Assembly: GCA_041657885.1 (NCBI GenBank)
Contig: JBBABB010000001.1
Location: 1,094-65,093 of the forward strand
Direction of reading: 5' to 3'
Source of the DNA: Minisyncoccota bacterium
GTDB taxonomy: Bacteria > Patescibacteriota > Minisyncoccia > Phycocordibacterales > UBA9973
DNA length: 64,000 nucleotides
The position numbers were made by a program, and so were the translations under genes. Shown here one piece after another: positions 1 through 8,418 of the stretch; the stretch's first letter is position 1, and every line of letters begins with the position of its first letter. Under the pieces are notes generated by a model. That model saw nothing but the letters and a program-made list of their open reading frames with translations, was not told the origin of the DNA and ran no database searches.

Positions 1-1067
1 TCTTCTTCTATATCTAACATTTCAAAAAACTTTGTTGCCAATTCTTTCGGCATAATATATTCGCTTAATGTTGACGAAAGTTGTCGTTCCAGTTCTTCGC
101 CTCGTATGCACGGTTCAAAACATTTTTGCGTTTTAGATTTCTTTGAGCAGTGATAATAAGTATAAAAATGTTTATTCCCGTTCTTTTGTCGTTTTATTTT
201 TATCTCTCCAGTAATTCCCATACCACACGAACCACAAGAGAGAAGTCCACAAAATGGTCTTGGGTTAGCTTCCTTTTTTGGTTTGCGACCCTTGCCTCGT
301 AAAATAGCATTTGCTTTATCAAAAAGTTCTTTGGAAATAATCGGCTCATGCTTGCCCTCGTATATTTCGCCTGCGTGGCGAAAATGTCCGTAATAAATAG
401 GGTTGCTAATAATGTGCGATATTCGTGAAATATGTACACGATTATTATTTTTTGATTTTACATTTCCATTTTCTAAAACTTTTGCGAGGTCTTCAAGTCT
501 GACATTTCCCGTTGCATAAAGTTCAAATATTTTTTTCACGAGTTTTGCGTTTTTCTGATGAATAGCAATTTTCTTAATATTGGAATTATTTATATATCCA
601 AATGGAGCAAGTCCGGGATAGTCGCCATTTCGTGCTTTCTGTCGTAGTCCGCGGGCGGTATTCTCGCTTAATTGGCGGACATATTCATTTGCCATTCCTA
701 ACTCAATAGACATCATTAACACATTATCATTTGGATAATGACTTTGTCCGTGTGTTTGAATATGTTGGATAATTCCTTGTTGCAAAAGCCATTGTATTTT
801 TCCACTATCTACTGGATTGCGTGATAAGCGGTCAATTTTCCAGCAAACAATTCCTTGTGCTTCACCATTTTGTATACGCGAAAGCATATTGTTAAAAACT
901 GGACGGCCGGGGATTTTTGCTGACCGCTTTTCTATAAATTCATCAGAAATATAAATATTTTCTCGTTTGGCTAGTTCACGAAGTTCGGCGAGTTGTGATT
1001 CAATAGAGAGGATTTGTTTATCCTCAACGTCAGTGCTTTTGCGAGCATATAAAAAGTATTTAAGCAT
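1..1067 (-). CDS. Large serine recombinase (resolvase/invertase N-domain, recombinase domain and zinc beta-ribbon); 5' part only, continues past the window edge
   Basis: Minus-strand translation from ATG at 1067-1065 reads MLKYFLYARKSTDVEDKQILSIESQ...GIVCWKIDRLSRN...CGLLSCGSCG..YYHCSKK. This gives the catalytic Ser motif (YARKST), the DRLSR motif and a C-terminal Cys4 ribbon. It is absent from the ORF track because it has no in-window stop. Confidence 0.8.
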   Translation of the reverse strand, partial: MLKYFLYARKSTDVEDKQILSIESQLAELRELAKRENIYISDEFIEKRSAKIPGRPVFNNMLSRIQNGEAQGIVCWKIDRLSRNPVDSGKIQWLLQQGIIQHIQTHGQSHYPNDNVLMMSIELGMANEYVRQLSENTARGLRQKARNGDYPGLAPFGYINNSNIKKIAIHQKNAKLVKKIFELYATGNVRLEDLAKVLENGNVKSKNNNRVHISRISHIISNPIYYGHFRHAGEIYEGKHEPIISKELFDKANAILRGKGRKPKKEANPRPFCGLLSCGSCGMGITGEIKIKRQKNGNKHFYTYYHCSKKSKTQKCFEPCIRGEELERQLSSTLSEYIMPKELATKFFEMLDIEE

Positions 1068-1127
1068 AGTTGTATTATACCACAACTGATGACATAAAGC
1101 ACAACTATAGAGTATAATCTGTGTATA

Positions 1128-1331
1128 ATGAATGAATCAGAAAAACTGGGCGAAAATCTAAAACGTATTAGAACTGCAAAAGGTATCTCGCAAGGCGAGA
1201 TTGGCCGAATACTTGAAGTAGATAAAAGTTTTATAAGTAATATTGAAAATGGTAAAACAAATCCCACTCTTTCAACGATTGCAAAAATAGCAAAAGCGGT
1301 CGGGGTGTCGGTCGGGGAGTTAATGAAATAG
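1128..1331 (+). CDS. XRE/Cro-C1 family helix-turn-helix transcriptional regulator
   Basis: 67 aa. LKRIRTAKGISQGEIGRILEVDKSFISNIENGKTNPTLSTIAKIAKAVGVSVGEL is a canonical HTH_3 motif. The stop lies 2 nt before the next ORF, implying an operon. Confidence 0.8.
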   Translation: MNESEKLGENLKRIRTAKGISQGEIGRILEVDKSFISNIENGKTNPTLSTIAKIAKAVGVSVGELMK

Positions 1332-1333
1332 TT

Positions 1334-2923
1334 ATGAAAATAAAAGAAATTAAAATTATCAACAATACAGAAACTTGTGCTGATATAAACCTAATTCTAG
1401 GTGCTAACAACACGGGTAAAAGTACTTTTATAAGAGAGCTTGAAGAAGCAAGTAAAACCTGTCAAATTGGGTTAAAGAACAAATGGATAACAGGCGTAAA
1501 ATTTGAGGCGTCTGGAATCAAGACTAGATTTGATAGTTTATTTCCCGGAGTATCTGCCTTTGCTGTTTACGAGGGAACAGAACAAGAAATAAATAGTATT
1601 GGAGGAGCAAATATTTTTAGTTCAAACTGGAATAATGAAGTTTTTCAAGCAATGAAGGCAAAGCTGGATACTTCTGAAACATATGAAGCTATAACTCATC
1701 CATCAAAAGATAGGGATTGGCATTATTTTAGTTTTGTTAATAATATGTCTGTTTCTATGGAAAACTGTGATTCAAGATTATCAGGACCATTTTTTACTCA
1801 AATAAACAGGGTGGATGAAAATTATAAAGATATAGTTCATTACTTTTATTCACAAAACTCTCTTTTTCAAAAAATATCAGATCATATTAAAGATGTTTTT
1901 GGTATAGAAATTATTTTTGACGACTTAGAGCAAGGACAAAAAGATATCCGCTTAGCACCTGATGTTGCTAAACCTGCTTCTTTTCCAAACCGTAGAAATG
2001 AAGGTCAGTTTTGGGCAGAACATTCTCCGATATTAGCTTCTCAAGGTGATGGCTTGAAAGCTTACTTGAAAATATTATACGCTCTCTTTAATCCCGCAAA
2101 GGATGTGATCATAATTGATGAACCTGAAGCATTTTTACATTCACCTCAAAGAAGAAGTTTAGGTAAATTCATTGCCGATAACGCATCTAGTGGTAAGCAA
2201 ATATTTATTTCTACTCATGATAGTGAATTTTTAAGAGGAGTTCTCACAAATACTACCTGTGATACACAAGTAGTTCATTTAAAAGAGAAACTAGGTAAAA
2301 GAAGCTATACAGTTAATAGAACACCTTCAAATACCAGAACGAGAAATAATAATGAACTCATGCTTAATTCTTATTTTAATAAATTAACCGTATTATGCGA
2401 AGCCGAAGACGATAGAGTAATTTATCAATATGCAAGTCAATCTTTTTTCCCTACACCGACGGTTGATATTCATTTTCTTGGACTCAATGCTAAAAGTGAT
2501 TTGTTTCTAATATTCAAACATTTACAGAGTTTAGAAATTGAAACCGTAGGAATAGTGGATATCGATGTTCTTTATTCAGGAGAATGTTTAGGGCTTTCTC
2601 TTAACCAAACAGAAAAAAATTTAATAGAGGAGGTGAAAAACCTCTTAAATGCTTTATCACAAGCAGACAGAGATATATTTAAGGAAAATGGGGTTGTCTC
2701 TCTGTCGTCCAATGCTTCACTTAGTCAGAAGGTTCAAGATGCAATACAAATAGCGAAGAAATACAAAATTTTTATTGTACCCATAGGAGAACTTGAGAGT
2801 TGGCTAGATACACCAACCGCATCAAAAAGAAAAGTGCAGGCTATGAAAAATGAGATCGACACAAGTCCAACGACTACAAAAAAATCAACCTTAAAAAAAT
2901 TCATAGGAGAAGTTATTTCTTAA
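1334..2923 (+). CDS. OLD-family / PARIS-like ABC-type ATPase fused to a Toprim nuclease (putative anti-phage or abortive-infection effector)
   Basis: Walker A ILGANNTGKST, Walker B VIIIDEPEAFLHSPQ and H-loop ISTHDSEF. The C-terminal half carries Toprim-like acidic motifs (VLCEAEDD, GIVDIDVLYSGE). It is coupled to the upstream HTH gene. Confidence 0.6.
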   Translation: MKIKEIKIINNTETCADINLILGANNTGKSTFIRELEEASKTCQIGLKNKWITGVKFEASGIKTRFDSLFPGVSAFAVYEGTEQEINSIGGANIFSSNWNNEVFQAMKAKLDTSETYEAITHPSKDRDWHYFSFVNNMSVSMENCDSRLSGPFFTQINRVDENYKDIVHYFYSQNSLFQKISDHIKDVFGIEIIFDDLEQGQKDIRLAPDVAKPASFPNRRNEGQFWAEHSPILASQGDGLKAYLKILYALFNPAKDVIIIDEPEAFLHSPQRRSLGKFIADNASSGKQIFISTHDSEFLRGVLTNTTCDTQVVHLKEKLGKRSYTVNRTPSNTRTRNNNELMLNSYFNKLTVLCEAEDDRVIYQYASQSFFPTPTVDIHFLGLNAKSDLFLIFKHLQSLEIETVGIVDIDVLYSGECLGLSLNQTEKNLIEEVKNLLNALSQADRDIFKENGVVSLSSNASLSQKVQDAIQIAKKYKIFIVPIGELESWLDTPTASKRKVQAMKNEIDTSPTTTKKSTLKKFIGEVIS

Positions 2924-2942
2924 AATAAAACTACAAAGGGAG

Positions 2943-2966
2943 TTTGCCGATTCGCAAATCGGCAAA
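2943..2966 (+). terminator. Stem-loop (9-bp stem, CGCA loop) immediately after the OLD-like gene stop
   Basis: tttgccgatt cgca aatcggcaaa forms a perfect hairpin. There is no strong U-tract, so the terminator assignment is tentative. Confidence 0.35.
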
Positions 2967-3263
2967 GGTTAACACGCGCATGGGCGTGGGTGGGTGAGAA
3001 GCGAATACTTGGAGCTTCGCAAGGCCGGAGGCTGGCGAGCCGAGGCGGGGTCGCAGGATTTTTCCGCAGAAAAATACCTGTGACAATGACTAATACGTAC
3101 GACCTCCCCTCCAAAAAACTCTCCCTCCAAAAAATCTTGGGCTTTTGAATTTTTGAACCTCACCCTAAAAAAACGCGAAGCGTCCGGAAACCCTTTGCCA
3201 CACTACGCAGAGCTTCGCTCTGCTCGCGAAAATTTTTCTGAAAAACCCTTGAGTTTGATTGCG

Positions 3264-3496
3264 GAGTATCTTTTAAAATCAGCTAGAACCTATTTTAGTA
3301 AAAATTGTTCCTAAAAACCTATCAAACGAACTAATGCGCACGCTCCGCGTGCCTCTTAACTTTAAACTAATTACCACGCTCTACTAATGTGCTAATTCCA
3401 AATGGACTCAGAAAATGGAAACAAATATTTTGGGGATTAGGATTTCCATTTTCCTCGACTGTATCTTTTGGCGAGATTTCAAATTCTGCCCGCAGG
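3264..3496. repeat. Left copy of a ~233-bp inverted repeat bracketing the R-M module
   Basis: The reverse complement of 8829-9060 matches this segment with about 5 differences (1 indel, ~4 substitutions). It contains internal hairpins (gcacgc..gcgtgc; aaaatggaaa..tttccatttt). Confidence 0.85.
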
Positions 3497-3572
3497 AGGG
3501 GTTTGGGGAGGAATGCGGGCGAAATTTATTGGTAGGCTATGGAAAGAATGCAAAAAATGTTAGAATTACTCT

Positions 3573-4412
3573 GTGGAATATATAAACAAAGTTTATTTTA
3601 AAGATGCTAGAAAAATGACAGAATTACCAGACAATTCTGTACAGTTAATTGTAACTAGTCCTCCTTATTTCAATATAAAAGATTATTCTCTTGACGGATA
3701 TCAAAAAAATAAAAAAGCTCAAAAAGCAACTGGTCAAATTGGTGATATCGCAGATTATGAAAAATACATTGATGAAATGGTTTTGGTTTGGAAAGAATGT
3801 GAGCGTGTATTAAAACCGAATGGAAAGTTAATAATTAATACACCACTTATGCCGATGTTAAAAAAAAATCTGATCACTCATTACAACAGGCACATTTTTA
3901 ATATTAACAACGACATAGAACACTCAATATTAAAAAAAACTAATTTGTTTTTAATGGATGTTTATTTTTGGAATAGAACGAATCCGAGCAAAAAACTAAT
4001 GTTCGGTAGCTATCCATATCCGCGAAATTTTTATGCTCAAAATACAACAGAGTTTATAACTGTGTTTGTGAAAGACGGAATTCCAGAAAATAATCTCCCA
4101 GCAAAAATTAAAGATAGAAGTAAATTGAGCCAAAAAGAATGGGTAGAATTTACTAAGCAAATTTGGAATATTCCAATCCCCGGCAAAGGCGATTTGGCTT
4201 TTGGAGAACATTCAGCACTAATGCCAGAAGAAATTGTTAGGCGTTGTGTTAGATTATTTACCTTTGTTGAAGATGTTGTCTTAGACCCATTTGCAGGATC
4301 AGGGACTACTTTAAAAGTAGCAAAGGAATTAGAAAGAAATTTTGTCGGGTATGAGATTTCTAAAAGTTATGAGGATATTATAAAATTAAAGTTGCGACCT
4401 AAATTATTTTAA
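3573..4412 (+). CDS. DNA methyltransferase, beta-class amino-MTase (N6-adenine or N4-cytosine); M subunit 1 of a Type II R-M system
   Basis: Motif IV TSPPY lies N-terminal to motif I DPFAGSGTT, which is the beta permutation. The likely true start is ATG at 3615 (MTELPDNS), since the track start at 3573 is a GTG. Confidence 0.85.
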   Translation: MEYINKVYFKDARKMTELPDNSVQLIVTSPPYFNIKDYSLDGYQKNKKAQKATGQIGDIADYEKYIDEMVLVWKECERVLKPNGKLIINTPLMPMLKKNLITHYNRHIFNINNDIEHSILKKTNLFLMDVYFWNRTNPSKKLMFGSYPYPRNFYAQNTTEFITVFVKDGIPENNLPAKIKDRSKLSQKEWVEFTKQIWNIPIPGKGDLAFGEHSALMPEEIVRRCVRLFTFVEDVVLDPFAGSGTTLKVAKELERNFVGYEISKSYEDIIKLKLRPKLF

Positions 4413-4415
4413 TTT

Positions 4416-5198
4416 ATGCTTAAAATTAACAAAATCTATAATTTAGACTGCTTCGACTTTTTAAGTAAAGTTGATGATTCGTCAATCAATCTTGCTGTTA
4501 TTGATCCCCCTTATAATATGAGCAAGGCAGATTGGGATACATTCAAATCACATAAAGACTTTTTGGATTTTACTTACAAATGGATAGACGCATTATTACC
4601 GAAATTAACACAAAATGGAAGTTTGTATATTTTTAACACACCATTTAACTCAGCATATATTTTACAATATCTTACTTCAAAAAATATGGTTTTCCAAAAT
4701 TGGATTACTTGGGACAAAAGAGATGGGCTTGGAACATCAAAAAGAAAATATAGCAATGGACAAGAATCAATACTATTTTTCACAAAATCTGATAAACATA
4801 TTTTTAATTACAACGATATAAGAGTTCCTTATGAATCCACAGACAGAATAGAACACGCCGTTAAAAAAGGAATCTTAAAAAATGGTGAGAGATGGTTTCC
4901 TAACCCGAACGGAAGATTTTGTGGAGAAGTTTGGCACATCACTAGTGAACGACACAAAAGAAAAATAAATGGGAAAGTTCAAAAAATGGAACACTTAACA
5001 CCTAAGCCGTTGGATTTAATTGAAAGAATTGTAAAAGCAAGTTCTAAAAAAGGAGATTTAGTTTTGGATTGCTTCGTCGGTAGCGGAACGACAGCAGTTG
5101 CTTCAAAAATACTAGGTAGAAATTTTTTGTGTTCCGATATAGACAAAAAATATGTTAAATTAGCAGAAAAAAATTTATATTTATATGCCGATAAATAA
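4416..5198 (+). CDS. Second beta-class amino DNA methyltransferase (M subunit 2)
   Basis: IDPPYN (motif IV) is followed C-terminally by DCFVGSGTTAVAS (motif I). It starts 3 nt after the M1 stop. Confidence 0.85.
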   Translation: MLKINKIYNLDCFDFLSKVDDSSINLAVIDPPYNMSKADWDTFKSHKDFLDFTYKWIDALLPKLTQNGSLYIFNTPFNSAYILQYLTSKNMVFQNWITWDKRDGLGTSKRKYSNGQESILFFTKSDKHIFNYNDIRVPYESTDRIEHAVKKGILKNGERWFPNPNGRFCGEVWHITSERHKRKINGKVQKMEHLTPKPLDLIERIVKASSKKGDLVLDCFVGSGTTAVASKILGRNFLCSDIDKKYVKLAEKNLYLYADK

Positions 5199-6441
5199 TA
5201 TCAATCAAGGAAATAAGGCACTAGAATTTATAGATTTTAGAATTAAAGACGACAAATATCGTGGTTCTCGTTCTTCGCAACATAACAGATATATCATGCA
5301 ACAAGTTGTAGATATATTAAAACTTTTTAATCAATATGCTCCAAATAAAATGCTTATGCCTATTCGTACGGCTGATATTTCAAAAAGACCACAAAATACA
5401 GCAGAGGAAGCTACATACGCTCAATTTTGTAATGACGCAAAAGAAAAAACAAAAGGCATAACAAGTAAAGAAGGAATAGGAACGCAAGATGCTATGAGAA
5501 AAAATTTATTTCCCGATTTGCACAGAATGGGACTTATTGTTAGGTATGATAAAGATAAAAAACCAACAGACCCATTTTCAAAACAAGGTGTTAAATATGT
5601 ATCGCTGAGTAATCAAGGACTAAAGTTGATAAAAGGGAAAACTATTCTTGAGCAATACTTTATATTTTCAAAAGGAATAGATAATTTACTTGGTGGTTAT
5701 ATTGACATTATTTTGGATATATTAAGAGATAAAGAGTATGGAATAGATAACCTAAACATTTTTGAATATATGTTTTTTGTTTCAGCAGTAGGAACGGAAA
5801 CAAGTTTTAACAAAAGCACAGATGAAGCAGTCGATTTAATAAAAGAATATAGAAATTTAACATCCACACAAAGAAAATCTGTAATTGAAACTTTAAAAGT
5901 TGAGCTAAATCCTAAAAAGTTTGCAGGAAATAAGACAAAGAAAAGAGATTTTCATAATTGGCATAATAAAGCCGTACAAGTATTTTATCTTCTAAATCAA
6001 ACAGTTTATTTTGAAGTCAGGGGCGATCAATTAGTTCTTAAGGGAGGAATAAATGGTTTTGCTGAAACAGCAATAATAAGCACAAGACTAGATAGATCAT
6101 TAAATGAGAAATACCAGTATTTTGTAAAAAATGAAATTGAAAAAGTAACGGGATTTGAACTTCATCATGTTGTTCCTTTGGCGTGGTCAGAAAGTATCCA
6201 CCATTTCAAATTGTTAGATAAATGGGAAAATATGGTTTATATAGATGCGTTTAGTCATGCAAAAATTACACAAAACAGAAACCGTAATGTAATTATAGAT
6301 TTTGTGAGTGATGACATGACACTAACCGATCATTCAAAAAATCAGATATATTTAAAAGTTCAAGATAATATTGCATATAAACCAACAAACAAGACAGTGA
6401 TGAAAAAGTATAATAATGAATTGCTGAATACGGTGAAATAA
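5185..6441 (+). CDS. Putative restriction endonuclease with a C-terminal HNH-like motif
   Basis: It overlaps the M2 stop by 14 nt. The C-terminus ELHHVVPLAWSE...NMVYIDAFSHAKIT has an HNH-like His-His...Asn...His spacing. The N-terminus shows no recognisable similarity. Confidence 0.5.
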   Translation: MPINNINQGNKALEFIDFRIKDDKYRGSRSSQHNRYIMQQVVDILKLFNQYAPNKMLMPIRTADISKRPQNTAEEATYAQFCNDAKEKTKGITSKEGIGTQDAMRKNLFPDLHRMGLIVRYDKDKKPTDPFSKQGVKYVSLSNQGLKLIKGKTILEQYFIFSKGIDNLLGGYIDIILDILRDKEYGIDNLNIFEYMFFVSAVGTETSFNKSTDEAVDLIKEYRNLTSTQRKSVIETLKVELNPKKFAGNKTKKRDFHNWHNKAVQVFYLLNQTVYFEVRGDQLVLKGGINGFAETAIISTRLDRSLNEKYQYFVKNEIEKVTGFELHHVVPLAWSESIHHFKLLDKWENMVYIDAFSHAKITQNRNRNVIIDFVSDDMTLTDHSKNQIYLKVQDNIAYKPTNKTVMKKYNNELLNTVK

Positions 6442-6452
6442 AAAATCCCCTA

Positions 6453-6798
6453 AAATACTAGTGGGAAAGGTAAATGGCTAACTACTACTTGTGCTTTGTC
6501 TTATCGACAAGCACAAAGGTTTTCGCGTCGCCTCCGTAAGGAGGAACGCGCTCACCTTTAGTTAGAGTAATCTCGCGTTTCGTTCCCGAGACTTGATATT
6601 GCCCTGACTTAGGAGCAGTGCCACCTGTTTTGATTTTAGTCATAACAGTTATTTGCTTAATTCTAATAATCTAGGGGCTTATCGAACCTCTCACCCCCTC
6701 GTTTAAGCTTCGTAGAAGCACAAACGAGGGGGAGGAGGATAAGTTGATCCCATAGAGAATAAAATTCGGCACCTAAGTTTTTCCCACTAGTATTTTAA
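6453..6798. repeat. MITE-like or structured-RNA element bounded by perfect 16-bp terminal inverted repeats (TAAAATACTAGTGGGA)
   Basis: 6453-6468 is the exact reverse complement of 6783-6798. The interior has nested hairpins including GNRA-type loops (cctcc-gtaa-ggagg; ccccctcgttt...aaacgaggggg) and no ORF of 60 aa or more. Confidence 0.5.
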
Positions 6799-6892
6799 AG
6801 GACTTTAATTTTTGAATTATATACTTATTTTAAAATTTTACAATTTCAAGAAAGTGCTTTCTCGTGCGCGAACGTGAGAATGGGTTAAGTGT

Positions 6893-6901
6893 GCTATAAT
6901 A
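6893..6901 (+). promoter_or_regulatory. Extended -10 promoter (TGcTATAAT) upstream of the zinc-ribbon ORF
   Basis: tgctataat matches TGnTATAAT. It overlaps the 3' end of a recurrent 30-nt motif. Confidence 0.35.
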
Positions 6902-6929
6902 TACTTACAACTGAATAGTTCGATCAAGA

Positions 6930-7367
6930 GTGGTGGTAGAGAATTGGCTCGATGACCCCACAGCAACCTGCTTCGGTAAGGTGCTAAATCCAACCAGACA
7001 CGAAAGTGTCAGGAAAGATGTGTTTGTGCCTAGTCCGCACAAAAACTCTTTCCTCTTTATTAGAGGAATTTTTTATTTTATGAAGAAAATACCAGAAGGT
7101 TTAGTTAGGTGTGAAGTATGTGGAGAGTATAAAGGTGAGGTAAAAGAGAAAGACTTAAATTGGGGCGACTCTTGTTTTTACAAAGCAGAAGTAGAAAAGA
7201 GTGAAGAATACCTCTCTGTGTCTTGTCTTTGCGACGGCATCTTATGTCATAAGTGTAAGAAAAATAAAATTCATAGGCCTATATCAAATTCTTATGATGA
7301 GATTGATAATGACATTGGTCATTGGCCGTGGTTCACCGGAATGATGCCATGTAAAGAGTGTAAATAA
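6930..7367 (+). CDS. Small cysteine-rich zinc-ribbon protein; likely real start at ATG ~7080 (MKKIPEGL...)
   Basis: CEVCG...SCLCDGILCHKCKK...PCKECK gives three CxxC pairs. The upstream 150 nt of the track ORF looks like a structured 5' UTR rather than coding sequence. Confidence 0.4.
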   Translation: MVVENWLDDPTATCFGKVLNPTRHESVRKDVFVPSPHKNSFLFIRGIFYFMKKIPEGLVRCEVCGEYKGEVKEKDLNWGDSCFYKAEVEKSEEYLSVSCLCDGILCHKCKKNKIHRPISNSYDEIDNDIGHWPWFTGMMPCKECK

Positions 7368-7379
7368 TAAAAAATCATT

Positions 7380-7610
7380 ATGAAAAATATAGAAGAATAC
7401 AAAACAACCAGTGAGTGGTATAAAGATGCTCGAAGTGAAGGATATAATTTCCCCGTCTCAATGTGCCACGGATTAGATGTTGGACAAAGAAAATTAAAAT
7501 TAAGTTTTGCAGACGTTTTTCAATTGTTTGTAAAAAATAATATAATTATTCAAGTCAATGATAGGTTTATTTATAATTTGGAGGGATATCTCGCTATCAA
7601 AAACAACTAG
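7380..7610 (+). CDS. Hypothetical small protein (76 aa)
   Basis: An ORF only 13 nt after the previous stop, with no recognisable motif. Confidence 0.3.
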   Translation: MKNIEEYKTTSEWYKDARSEGYNFPVSMCHGLDVGQRKLKLSFADVFQLFVKNNIIIQVNDRFIYNLEGYLAIKNN

Positions 7611-7644
7611 GATTAAATTATAAAAGAATGATAAAATAAAATAT

Positions 7645-8337
7645 ATGCCCGACGACCAAAACGCATCTCAAAATCCAATTTCCGAAGAAAACCCTTCACC
7701 TACAAGCCCCCAAGAGTCCATAGAGCAAGGCACTGAAAACACAGCACATTCTGAACCTTCCGTTGCACCTCTTGATGCCCTAGAAAGCTCACCGAACGAC
7801 TTTTCAGTGAAAAGTAATGATATACCACCCTCAAATTCTACCCCTACGGAAGCAGTAAATGAGCCAGAAACTCTAGAAAAACAAGTCCCAAATGAACCTA
7901 ACCCCGAGCCAGTTTCTGAACCCATAGAATCTCCTGAACCCGAAACGGCTCAAATACCGGTATCTGAGCCGTTGAACTCTACGAGCGAGCCGTTAGGCGA
8001 GCAAGTAGAATTCCCAGAAACTAAAACAGAGACAAAACCAACCCCCGAAGTAAAACCTGAACCAGTAGAAACTAACCCCATTCTTGTTTCAACTAAACCC
8101 TCCCAAAAAAATTTATGGCAAAGATTTCTAAGTAAAATACAAATTGGAAAAAGAAAAAAGCTGGATCGTGTTATGACTTTATTTCTTAAACAATCTAAAA
8201 TCACAAACGACGAAGTCGAGAAATTTCTTCATGTCTCGGATGCAACTGCAACTAGATACCTTTCACAATTGGAGAAAGAAGGAAAAATAAAACAAGTTGG
8301 TAAAATTGGAAAAGCAGTTTCGTATTCCAGAATTTAA
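7645..8337 (+). CDS. Protein with a Pro/Glu/Ser-rich disordered N-terminal half and a C-terminal winged-HTH domain
   Basis: About 150 aa of low-complexity PEPV/SEP repeats precede LDRVMTLFLKQSKITNDEVEKFLHVSDATATRYLSQLEKEGKIKQVGKIGKAVSYSRI, a DeoR/MarR-like wHTH. Confidence 0.5.
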   Translation: MPDDQNASQNPISEENPSPTSPQESIEQGTENTAHSEPSVAPLDALESSPNDFSVKSNDIPPSNSTPTEAVNEPETLEKQVPNEPNPEPVSEPIESPEPETAQIPVSEPLNSTSEPLGEQVEFPETKTETKPTPEVKPEPVETNPILVSTKPSQKNLWQRFLSKIQIGKRKKLDRVMTLFLKQSKITNDEVEKFLHVSDATATRYLSQLEKEGKIKQVGKIGKAVSYSRI

Positions 8338-8418
8338 TTTTCGGGGAGTCGCCGTCCTTCTTTTCCTCACGGCGGTTTAGTGCGCGAACGGGAGGGTGGG
8401 TCAAGCACGAGTATTTCC

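Noticed and set aside
2920-3163. Minus-strand ORFs 2920-3114 and 2969-3163 from the ORF track
   Set aside because: They lie in a GC-rich non-coding block with Ala/Arg/Pro-rich low-complexity translations typical of spurious GC-driven ORFs. They overlap each other and the hairpin region.
7668-8204. Minus-strand ORFs 7668-7925 and 7950-8204
   Set aside because: They lie fully antisense to the 7645-8337 gene, whose C-terminal wHTH is convincing. Their translations are low-complexity Gly/Ser-rich.
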